DNA of 22,986 nucleotides from Octopus sinensis. Lineage: Eukaryota. The notes below the pieces were generated by a model. It saw only the letters and a list, made by a program, of their open reading frames with translations, did no database searches and was not told where the DNA came from. Made by a program: the position numbers and the translations under genes. The DNA is taken from contig NW_021836624.1 in assembly GCF_006345805.1 (NCBI RefSeq), positions 1 to 22,986 of the forward strand, given 5' to 3'. Below are positions 8,883-18,600 of the stretch, one piece after another (within the stretch, counting starts at the first letter, position 1; each line of letters starts with the position of its first letter).

Positions 8883-10171
8883 TTAGGTTGTCAAGAAAGT
8901 TCTTGCGGCTTTTAACCTTTAAATTCAGATGCACATATCTTGGCTCAAACAAAACTTTATTAATCGAAATAAACACCATCAGAATTAAGCCACTTTTGCC
9001 AACACGAAACAAGTTTATTTATGCTAGTAGCGTAAAAAATCCTGCGTTCTGGTGGCGATGAAGTCGTTGAAGGCATGTTTGGCATCGTCTTGGTTTTTGA
9101 AGCATTTCTCACGCAGGAAGTTGTCGAGATGCTTGAAAAAGTAGTAGTCGGTAGGCGAGAGGTCTGGTGAGTATGGCGGATGAGGCAGAGTTTCGTAACC
9201 CAATTCGTTCAACTACTGCAGGTTCAGTTGTGCGGCGTACGGCCGAGCGTTGTTGTGGCGAACAATTGGTCCTTTTCTATTGACCAATGCTGGCTGTTGT
9301 TGTCGGAGTTTCTTATGCATTTCATCCATTTGCTGACAGTACTTTTCCGCCGTAATGGTTTCGACTGGATTCAAAAATCTGTGATGGATGAGACCGGCCG
9401 CAGACGATCAAACAGTCACCATGACCTTCTTTTGGTGCAACTTTGTCTTCGGGAAGTGCCGTGGAGCTTCGTCGGCGTCCAACCACTAAGCTGAGCGTCG
9501 CCGGTTGTCGTCAAGAATCCACTTTTTATCGCAATTCACAATCTGGTCGAGAAACAGATCGTTCTTGTTGCGTAAAAAAAGGGAAGACGACACTTCAAAA
9601 TGGCGATTTTTTTTGGTTGTAGCTCAATTCGTGCGGCACCTGTTTCTCATGTATTTATGTTTTTCCAATCTCTTTCAAGTGGTTGGAAATTGACGTATAC
9701 GTTACGCCTAATTCAGAAGCAAGCTCTCGAACAGTTGTGCATGGATTGGCTTCGAATAAGGCTCTTAGTTGATCGTTGTCAACATCCGATGGCCGACCAC
9801 TACGCTTATCATCTTCAAGACTCTTGTTACCGCCACGAAATTTCTTGAACCACCATTGTGTTGTACGTTCATTAGTGGTTCCTGGGCCAAACGCATTGTT
9901 GATATCGCGAGCTGTTTCAGCAGCTTTTTGGCCTAGCTTGAGAGGGAAAAAGAAAATTGTGCGAATTTGCTTATTGTCTATGTTGTATTCAACGTTCCGT
10001 AAAAAATGGCCTAATTATTCAAAAAATAAAAAGAGTAACACGATTAGATAGAGCGAAAAACGGGTTTTAAAATGATATACAAAGTCAAAGTAATTCAACG
10101 AAAATTAATTTGAAAATACATCATTTAAAACCAAAATTAAAAATTCCGCAAGAACTTTCTTCACAACCTAA
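8883..10171 (-). mobile_element. Full-length (1289 bp) decayed mariner DNA transposon, cecropia/Hsmar1-like
   Basis: 26-bp terminal inverted repeats TTAGGTTGT(C/G)AAGAAAGTTCTTGCGG at 8883-8908 and 10146-10171 (1 mismatch). The TA target duplications appear mutated (CA left, GA right, then (TA)n). Confidence 0.95.
8960..9981 (-). pseudogene. Mariner DD34D transposase pseudogene
   Basis: KAAETARDINNAFGPGTTNERTTQWWFKKF, SGRPSDVDNDQLRA, (W>Q)VPHEL, NCDKKW, HNNARP (catalytic D>N) and LPHPPYSPDLSPTDYYFFKHLDNFL, ending YFD*. I counted four in-frame stops and two +1 homopolymer frameshifts (near 9610 and 9035). Confidence 0.95.
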
Positions 10172-10184
10172 GATATATATATAT

Positions 10185-10219
<35 letters not shown>

Positions 10220-10408
10220 CATATATAAGTATATATTTTAGTTTATAAACTCTTATTAACCGTACGGTTTGTGTTATGTCATATGATTTTTCCCTATCTC
10301 TTTTTTCCTCTCTCGCTCTCTCTCTCTCTCTGTGATTGTGTATTTGTGTGTGTTTAAGTGAACATTTTATTTATTGTATATTGAACGTATGCGTGAATGT
10401 GAAGCAGC

Positions 10409-10414
10409 TCTATC

Positions 10415-10503
<89 letters not shown>

Positions 10504-10526
10504 TCTATCAATCTGTCTATCTGTCT

Positions 10527-10569
<43 letters not shown>

Positions 10570-10587
10570 GCTGTCTGTCTGTCTGTG

Positions 10588-10636
<49 letters not shown>

Positions 10637-10673
10637 ATATCTGTCTATCTGTCTATCTGCCTATCTATCTATC
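10409..10673. repeat. (TCTA)n/(TCTG)n microsatellite
   Basis: Read directly. Confidence 0.95.
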
Positions 10674-10774
10674 GAACTGAAACACACACTTATTTTTCTT
10701 TCTCATCTCTTTTTTAATATATTTACCTCAATTATCAACGCACTCCTCACGTATATACAACCGTACACGCCAAT

Positions 10775-11150
10775 ACACACACATATACACACGCGCATGC
10801 ACACACACACACACAACCATGAATCGCAAATCACGCACTTACACTAACGAAAACGTGATATATTTTCAAACACACATATATTTACTTATACAGTCAAAAA
10901 CACACACACATGCTCACACACACACACACACACACACACACGCTCTCTCTCTCACACACACACACCACACGCACATGTACACACACGCAAACACACACAC
11001 ACACACAAGCAAACGTACACACCCACGTACTCACGCGCGCACGCGCACACATGCACATACACACACACGCATGCACGTACATACAGACACATGCAAACAC
11101 ACACACGCATCCACACACACACATTCATTTTATCATTCAAATACACACCC
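10775..11150. repeat. (CA)n-rich compound microsatellite
   Basis: Read directly. Confidence 0.9.
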
Positions 11151-11508
11151 ACATTGACACATCTTGCCCCTGGCAAAAGCCTGTTTCCCTTCTTTACTCA
11201 AGGGTTTCATCGCTTTCAGCCATATTTAAAACTCGGGTTTGTTTCCCACAGCAGCGCCTCACCTCGGTGAAGGGAAGTAACAATGGCAAAGCCAAAAGAA
11301 AACAAAGAAAACAACAAAAAAAAACAATAGACGGCAACAAAAATAGCAACAAGAACGAGATGAGAGTAGTATTGTTTTTGTTTGTTTTTTGTTTTTGTCG
11401 TGTTTATTTCTTTATTTCTTCGCGATTGTAACCATTTTGTCCACCACGCAAACACCAACTCTAGGAACAACTTAATGCCTTCAACACCGACAACACCAGC
11501 ACAGTAGT

Positions 11509-12000
11509 GGTGCAATGGCCCAGTGGTTAGGGCTGCGGATTCCCAGACCGGGCATTGTGAGTGTTTATTGAGCAAAAACACCTAAGCTCCACGAGGCTCT
11601 GGCGGGGTGGTAGTGGTGAACCCCGCTTCACTCTTTCATCACAACTTTCTCTCACTCTTTCTTCCTACTTCTGCCACAAACCAGAGTAACCGTGGTGTAA
11701 CCCACTATGGTGTGGTAAACTTTCAGACCCCAGTCTAGATTGCGAATCCTCTGTGCCCCAGGATAGTTCAGCTCACCACCCATTGAAAGCCACCGTTTAC
11801 GGAATGAGGATAACAACGTAGCTTTCGCGCTCATGCAACCGCCAGTCTATCGCGTGCGGTGGGTGGATCTTCAAGTTGCCACACGCATTCTTAGTAGATT
11901 AGAGTAGGATCGAATAAGAGATTATTCTTTGTGGCTAATGGCATGAGTCCTGATTGGAAGAAGAAGAAGAAGAAGAAGAAGAAGAAGAAGAAGAAGAAGA
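11509..12000 (+). mobile_element. tRNA-headed SINE family C, variant 3' module, (GAA)n tail
   Basis: A box TGGCCCAGTGG (11516-11526); about 30 nt including the start of the B box are deleted relative to the 19325 copy. The body ends GAGTCCTGATTG and (GAA)n follows at 11957-12000. Confidence 0.85.
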
Positions 12001-12204
12001 CACCAACGCAACAATGATCACAACACGACCACCAACAATAACAATAACAACAACGAGCACCTAAACCACAATACTCCAACCATTGCGGTGGTTCTACCAC
12101 CTACTAGAAATAGCAGTTTAATCACATTCAAATCTCTCCCCTTTATTGTCTAAGAAAAAAATAGAGGATATTGGACAATGTAATCTGAGTTTCACGGGTA
12201 CAAA

Positions 12205-12517
12205 TTTTATCGACCTCGAAAGGATGAAAGGCGAAGTCGACCTCGGCGGAATTTGAACTCAGAACGTAAGGACGGGCGAAATACCTATTTCTTTACTGCC
12301 CACAAGGGGCTACACACAGAGGGGACAAACAAGGACAGACAAACGGATTAAGTCGATTACCTCTACCCCAGTATGTAACTGGTACTTAATTTATCGACTC
12401 CGAAAGGATGAAAGGCAAAGTCGACCTCGGCAGATTTTGAACTCAGAACGTAGCGGCAGACGAAATACTGCTAAGCATTTCGCCCGGTGTGCAAACGATT
12501 CTGCCAGTTCACCGCTT
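12205..12517 (-). mobile_element. SINE family B: head plus one 184-bp monomer (12283-12466) plus a partial monomer
   Basis: Same monomer and same GAAAT|ACCTATTTC junction as 2041-2595. The head is at 12469-12517. Confidence 0.88.
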
Positions 12518-12546
12518 TATCTAATGCAGTAATAATAAAGATAGCT

Positions 12547-12705
12547 AAGGCGGCGAACTGGCAGAATCGTTAGCACACCGGGCAAAATGCATAGCGCTAT
12601 TTCGTCTGCCGCTACGTTCTGAGTTCAAAATCTGCCGATGTCGACTTTGCCTGTCATCATTTCGGGGTCGATAAATTAAGTACCAGTTACGCACTGGGGT
12701 CAATG
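12547..12705 (+). mobile_element. SINE family B, head and body, 3'-truncated
   Basis: AAGGCGGCGAACTGGCAGAATCGTTAGC...GAGTTCAAAATC...CGGGGTCGATAAATTAAGTACCAG. Confidence 0.88.
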
Positions 12706-12711
12706 TACAAT

Positions 12712-12957
12712 CCTTATTCCGGGACCTTTTGAGCGGGATGGGCTACTCGACCAGAAGTAAATTCTAACTGGGCCCCACCTGCAAGGTCATGTGCTGTTTA
12801 TCTTGATATGAGATCACCATGTCGCGCACATGTGGTTGTGGTGCATGTGCCTGGTGTACCCTTATCAGACGGGTAGTCATGGGTAGACTGGGCTTCGTAT
12901 ATTTGTACCCTAGTATCACTTTGATGGCATGCACTGCTCTCTCACTCAATAATAATA
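12712..12957 (+). mobile_element. 5'-truncated copy of the (TAA)-associated ~550-bp element
   Basis: Reverse complement of the left ~245 bp of the array units; ends CTCTCTCACTC-AATAATAAT. Confidence 0.9.
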
Positions 12958-13119
12958 GCAATGAGAGCAGCTGCTTCACCCAACCTTAACAACGTGATCA
13001 CCCGTCTTAGCCCCTCGACGACCTGACTCGAAAAAAAAGGTAGAATCCCTGCTCGCTGTGCGCACGTCGCGGCTGCCTCCTTCCGGTCAGCCCCAACTTC
13101 CGGTCAGCTCCCCAGCTGC

Positions 13120-13276
13120 TGCTATTATTATTGAGTGAGAGAGCAGTGCATGACATCAAAGTGATACTAGGGTACAAATATACGAAGCCCAGTCTACCCA
13201 TGACTACCCGTCTGATAAGGGTACACCAGGCACATGCACCACAACCATATGTGCGCGACATGGTGATCTCATATCA
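13120..13276 (-). repeat. Inverted copy of 12804-12960 (157-bp arm)
   Basis: Manual alignment shows 2 mismatches in 157 bp. Confidence 0.92.
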
Positions 13277-13514
13277 TCATTTCAAAATTTGGCACAAGCC
13301 TGCATTTGCTATCCAGAGTCCATAACTGTACTTACAGCAACAACCTTGACCCCTTCTACAACATCTTGACCACCTGACTGTTAGAACCACAACAACCATA
13401 ATAAAATTGTCATTTAACATCACCGCTTGCCTTCGTCATTGTTACGAACAGAAAACAAAAATCCTAGCTGAAAGCGCGTAGTCTGACGGTTAGGGAGTTC
13501 GATTCGTGATCATA

Positions 13515-13680
13515 GGGCGTAGGAGTAGCTGTGTGGTAAGTAGATTGCTTACGAACCACATGGTTTCGGGTTCAGTCCCGCTGCATGACACCTTGGGCAA
13601 GTGTCTTCTACTATAGCCTCGGGCCGACCAAAGTCTTGTGAGTGGATTTGGTAGACAAAAACTGAAAGAAGCCTGTCGTA

Positions 13681-13762
<82 letters not shown>

Positions 13763-14016
13763 GTGTGTGTGTATATATGTATGTGTATATGTGTGTATGT
13801 GTGTGTGTATGTGTGTGTATGTATATGCTTGTCTGTCTGTGTTTGTCCCCCCCCAACATCGCTGGACAACCGATGCTGGTGTGTTTACGTCCCCGTAACT
13901 TAGCGGTTCGGCAAGGAGACCGATAGAATAAGTCCTGGGGTCGATTTGCTGACTAAAGGCGGTACTCCAGCATGGCCACAGTCAAATGGCTGAAACAAGT
14001 AAAAGAGTAAAGAGAG
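13515..14016 (+). mobile_element. tRNA-derived SINE family A with expanded internal (TC)n(TA)n(TG)n
   Basis: GGCGTAGGAGTAGCTGTGTGGTAAG head, GGTTCAGTCCC, CACCTTGGGCAAGTG and tail GAAACAAGTAAAAGAGTAAAGAG. Confidence 0.9.
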
Positions 14017-14346
14017 AGTTCGATTCCAAGACTAAGCACTGCGTTGTGATAATAAACGAAGGCCCTTTATTTTACATCGCTTAACTCCAAGCTCTAATGA
14101 GGCACCAGCCGAGTGCTGGATCATCCATCCCCCGCTGTCCCTCACTCTCTTTCTCTCTCACTCTCTCATTCTCTTTACCACTCTCACTCTCTCCTTGGTG
14201 TGACAATCTACTGGTATGGGGAAGAGGAGGCATGAGTGTACCTTTTCAGGTTACGTCTACCTATAGCGAAAGCATGGTGTGTGTTAGCAATCCGTACTTG
14301 CTTGCGAGTGACGGCTGGTTGTACTGAGCTTACTGTGGGATGATGT

Positions 14347-14510
14347 CAGCAGCTGGGGAGCTGACCGGAACTTGGGGCTGACCGGAAGGGGGCAGCCGCG
14401 GCGTGCCCACAGCGGAGCAGGGGATTCTACCTTTTTTTTTTTCGAGTCAGGTCGTCGAGGGGCTAAGACGGGTGATCACGTTGTTAAGGTTGGGTGAAGC
14501 AGCTGCTCTC
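14347..14510. repeat. GC-rich segment duplicated in inverted orientation at 12963-13121
   Basis: About 5-6 differences plus a T-run length change between the two copies. Contains GCTGACCGGAA twice (14360-14370 and 14377-14387). Confidence 0.85.
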
Positions 14511-14667
14511 TCTAGCGTTCGGGTCGGGCTGTGTTGAAGGATCCGTTACCCCTGAAGGGTCTCCATCTGAGCGAAGAGAAGGTAGGGGCTTTATTTCGAA
14601 TCCCTCGCACACACCACAATTACATCCCAGACACATCGTCTTTAACATCATAACCACTACATCTTCA

Positions 14668-14685
14668 CTGCTGCTGCTGCTGCTG

Positions 14686-14716
<31 letters not shown>

Positions 14717-14717
14717 A

Positions 14718-14749
<32 letters not shown>

Positions 14750-15011
14750 ACTACTACTACTACTACTAACTGCTACTACTACTACTACTACTACCACTGC
14801 TACTACTACTACTACACTACTACTACTACTGCTACTGCTACTACTACTGCTGCTGCTACTACTACTACTACTGCTACTACTGCTGCTACTACTACTACTA
14901 CTACTACAACTACTACTGCTACTGCCACTACTACTGCTACTACTACTACTACTACTACTAGTAGTAGTAGTAGTAGTACTACTACTACTACTACTACTAC
15001 TACTGCTACTA
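14668..15011. repeat. (CTA)n/(CTG)n trinucleotide tract with an internal (TAG)6 inversion
   Basis: Read directly; the inverted block is at 14959-14978. Confidence 0.95.
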
Positions 15012-15702
15012 CAGCTATATCACGGAGCACCACCACGACCATTACTACTAACAATAAAACCACCGCTACCATCGCCGTGCCCGCCACTATCACCACTAGA
15101 GTCGAAACAGAAAGGATATGCCAATCACCGCAACCACCACCACCACCACCACCGCCATGATTGTTAGCCACTGTCATGTCCAACTGCCACAACTACCACA
15201 GACTTAAAAGCCAGCATCACTAACACCAGCCATATTTCTCACGGGGCCCACGAAGGCGTTTCTACGTCATCACTCGACATGCTGGAAACAGCAGCCAAAT
15301 CGTCCTCAAAGGATTCCCCCCACAGTGACTTAAAAGAACCCATTGGATACGGTGATTCTGGTTTCCTGGTATGTTAGGAAAAAGAGCAAGGAACGAAAAG
15401 AGGGGATGGTCACAGCTGGCCTCATTTTGATCTTATCATAGATGTGCTCGATCGGGCTCTAACGTAACCGGGGGCTAAACGGCATAAACACATAAACAAT
15501 AACGGCATTTTGTTTTGTTTGTTTGTTTGTTGCTTTTGTTTCTGTTTGTTTGTTTGTCTTTTTTCTTCTTTTTTTGGGGGAAAGCCATTCAACTCACTGG
15601 CCTAGAATTGCCCGAAGCTACCAAGTTTCGCTAAAATAGCCAGATTAGATAAATCACGCTGACCACATTTCAGCTGCCCGCTACCACCATCGCCACCATT
15701 GC

Positions 15703-15771
15703 AATAAAATAAATGAATAAATAAAAAAAATAAATAAATAGATAAATAAACAAATAAATAAATAAATAAAT
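15703..15771. repeat. (AAAT)n microsatellite
   Basis: Read directly. Confidence 0.9.
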
Positions 15772-15889
15772 GGTGGACGAGATTTCCATGTTAGGAACGA
15801 CGAGGCAGCGCTTCTAATTAGAAAGGCTAATCATTGGATGCCTCATTAGGCAAAAGTTTTGGTATTTTTTTTCTTGCCTGCTATCAGGA

Positions 15890-16402
15890 GTGTGTATGTA
15901 TGTATGCATGTATGTATGTATATATGTATGCATGTGTGTATGTATGTATGTGTGTATGTGTGTATGTATGTATGTATGTATGTGTGTATGTATGTATGTA
16001 TGTATGTGTGTATGTATGTATGTAATGTGTGTATGCATACCAGTATATAAATATGTGTCTATATGTATGTATGCATGTGTGTATGCATGTATGTATGTGT
16101 GTATGTATGTATGTATGTGTATGTATGTGTGTATGTATGTATGTGTGTGTATGTATGTGTGTATGTGTGTATGTATGTATATGTATATATGTATGTATGT
16201 ATGTATGTGTGTATGTATGTGTGTATGTGTGTATGTATGTATGTATGTATGTGTGTATGTATGCATGTATGTGTGTATGTACGTATGTATGTGTGTGTAT
16301 GTATGTATGTATTTATGTGTGTGTGTATGTGTGTATGTGTGTATGTATGTATGTAATGTATGTATGTAAGTATGTGTGAATGTATATATGTATGTATGTA
16401 TG

Positions 16403-16434
<32 letters not shown>

Positions 16435-16500
16435 TGTATGTATGTATGTATGTGTGTGTGTATGTATGTATGTATGTATGTGTGTATGTATGTATGTATG

Positions 16501-16534
<34 letters not shown>

Positions 16535-16801
16535 TGTATGTATGTATGTATGTATGTATGTGTGTATGTATGTATGTGTGTATGTATGTATGTGTGTGCG
16601 CGTGTATGTATGTATGTATTTGCATAGGCATGCGTGCATGAATGGACGTCTGTAGACATGTATGCGTCTGTATGTGTGTGTGTGTGTGTGTGTGTGTATG
16701 CAAGGATTATATGTATATGTATGTATGTATGTGTGTATGTACGTGGTTAAGCTTGTGCGTATGCATGTGTGCTTGAACGAATGCTTGTATATATATATAT
16801 T

Positions 16802-16835
<34 letters not shown>

Positions 16836-17050
16836 CGTGGTGTGTGTGTGTGTGTGTGTTTATGTGCATGTATGTATACGTATGCGCATCTATACGTACA
16901 TGAATTGATGTATGCAGGGATCTGCGTATGTATTTGTGCGTGTGAATGGATGTGCGTATGTATGCATGTATGTATGTATATATGTGTATGTATGCATGTA
17001 TCCACGTATGGACTGCTGGTTACCGATTTATACATATGTATGTGCCTATG
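15890..17050. repeat. ~1.15-kb compound (TATG)n/(TG)n/(TA)n microsatellite
   Basis: Read directly; source of all MYVC/HTYI ORFs here. Confidence 0.95.
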
Positions 17051-17102
17051 AACGCATGTGTGTGCCGAAACGTTCCCTGGTATTAAGGGACTTGAGAAAA
17101 GC

Positions 17103-17136
<34 letters not shown>

Positions 17137-17282
17137 GGTAACCCAAAAGCAGGTTTACAGTTATTCAATTATCTCTTTCGCATTCATATATTAACAGTTA
17201 AGATCTTAATTTAAAAATTAATATGAAAGCATTATTTCATGCTAATTTAGTTAATACAAGTAGCTACTAAGTATATATAGAT

Positions 17283-18366
17283 GGCCGGATCGTGTTCTGC
17301 CCTTACCTTCGAAACACGCATTGAGTCGAAACAGGGGCAGCTGATGAAGGGGAATATTCCTTGTATTCTTTGTCTTGTACTCTGTTTTTTCGTTGTTAAA
17401 AAAAAGTCCGTTTCCTTGTTTGATTTTATGTTTTCGTTTCTCGTTGTGTTCTACGTTTATTTGTAGTGTCCTGTACTCATATATATATATGCATGTATAT
17501 ATACATATAGATGTAGGTATGTACATATATGTATGTATGTATGCATATGTTTTATTTATTAAATTGTTATTATATAATTGAACACCTCGCGTTGTTTTCT
17601 TATTCTCCAAATAAGTTTTTATTATAATAATTATGACGCGTACTCTTAACTCTTTACTTGACCTTTCCTCCCTGCCTGTCTGTCTTCCTCTCTACCTGTC
17701 TCTCTCCTTTTTATTTTTCACCCTTTCTGGTTTCTTTTCCTCTCTCTCTTTCACTCCTCCTCCTCCTCCTCCTCCTCCTCCTCCTCTCTCTGGCCGCTGA
17801 CCGGACTACTAAGCTTTCTTTCTACCCGCTGCTTTCAACAAGTCAGCATCGACTTTCTCCTGTCTTCCGCAAGTCGATCTTCAGAATACGTTCCAACGAA
17901 TTTTTCCACCGTCTAGGCTTAAAAAAAAGCCCTTATTGTTGGTTTCCTGGTCCTGTTTTTATTCCTTATGTGTACTGTTTTTTTCTTCATTTGTATTGCT
18001 TTTACGTCCTGTTCTTGTCACTTTTTTTACCCCTCTGCAAAAGAATTTTATTTAATTCATTTTGCAGGAAGGACTGCTTCGGCCGGATCGTGTTCTGCCC
18101 GTACCTTCGAAACACGCATTGAGTCGAAACAAGGGCAGCTGATGAAGGGGAATATTCCTTGTATTGTTTGTCTTGTACTCTTTTTTTCGTTGTTAAAAAT
18201 GTCCGTTTTCTTGTTTGATTTTATGTTTTCGTTTCTCGTTGTGTTCTACGTTTATCTGTGGTGTCCTTTACTCATATATATATATGCATGTATATATACA
18301 TATAGATGTAGGTATGTGCATAAATGTATGTATGCATATGTTTTATTTATTAAATTTTTATTATAT
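17283..18366 (+). mobile_element. Non-coding partial tandem element (direct repeats 17283-17575 and 18081-18366, period 798 bp), Penelope pLTR/retrozyme-like
   Basis: The ~290-bp direct repeats are seen directly; the upstream copy is 5'-truncated. There is no credible ORF, the flanks are TA-rich, and both repeats carry hammerhead core words. The family assignment is inference. Confidence 0.6.
17291..17352 (+). ncRNA. Candidate hammerhead-like ribozyme with non-standard strand order (second copy 18089-18150)
   Basis: Stem III CGTGT/ACACG, triplet GTT, stem I CTGCCC/GGGCAG, cores CTGATGA and GAAA, and a weak stem II GGGG/CTTC. Confidence 0.4.
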
Positions 18367-18406
18367 GTATATAATATATATATATATAGTTACACAAAGT
18401 ATTTTT

Positions 18407-18600
18407 TACGACCGTTTCAAGCGACTCCATTTAATTGACCAATGCAATCATTACATCAATTTAAATGCAGGGCTATCCTCAGCTGTATAAATAAATAGGA
18501 TTTTTTAATCATTTGTATTTTAATCAGAGGATAGCTCTGCATTTAAACTAATGTAATGATTGCATTGTTCAATTAAATGGAGCCGCTTGAAACGGTCGTA
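18407..18600. mobile_element. MITE with ~74-bp terminal inverted repeats and TA target duplication (Tc1/mariner-type)
   Basis: TA|CGACCGTTTCAAGCG...GCTATCCTC (18407 to ~18480) is mirrored by GAGGATAGC...CGCTTGAAACGGTCG|TA (~18527-18600), with about 5 mismatches. Confidence 0.8.

Noticed and set aside
9180-10051. Plus-strand ORFs of 62-104 aa
   Set aside because: Antisense shadows of the mariner transposase.
11160-11290. Possible micro-exon (TTTCCCACAG acceptor, GTGAAG/GTAACA donors)
   Set aside because: Splice words alone are common; no supporting reading frame or partner exons.
15780-15880. Cluster of TAATTA/TAATCA/CATTAG homeodomain-like words
   Set aside because: Expected by chance in AT-rich DNA; conservation data would be needed.
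15814-17051. Many long ORFs (up to 281 aa) of HTYI/MYVC repeats; likewise at 100-360, 1200-1670, 3280-3590, 10330-11430, 13610-13900, 14490-15190 and 20210-20470
   Set aside because: They are translations of microsatellites that lack stop codons; there are no protein-like features.
17132-17155. TA|CAGGGTAACCCAAAA, resembling a Tc1/mariner terminus
   Set aside because: No partner inverted repeat found in the window.
17860-17890. Minus-strand CUGAAGA followed by an 8-bp hairpin
   Set aside because: No GAAA after the helix, so not a hammerhead.
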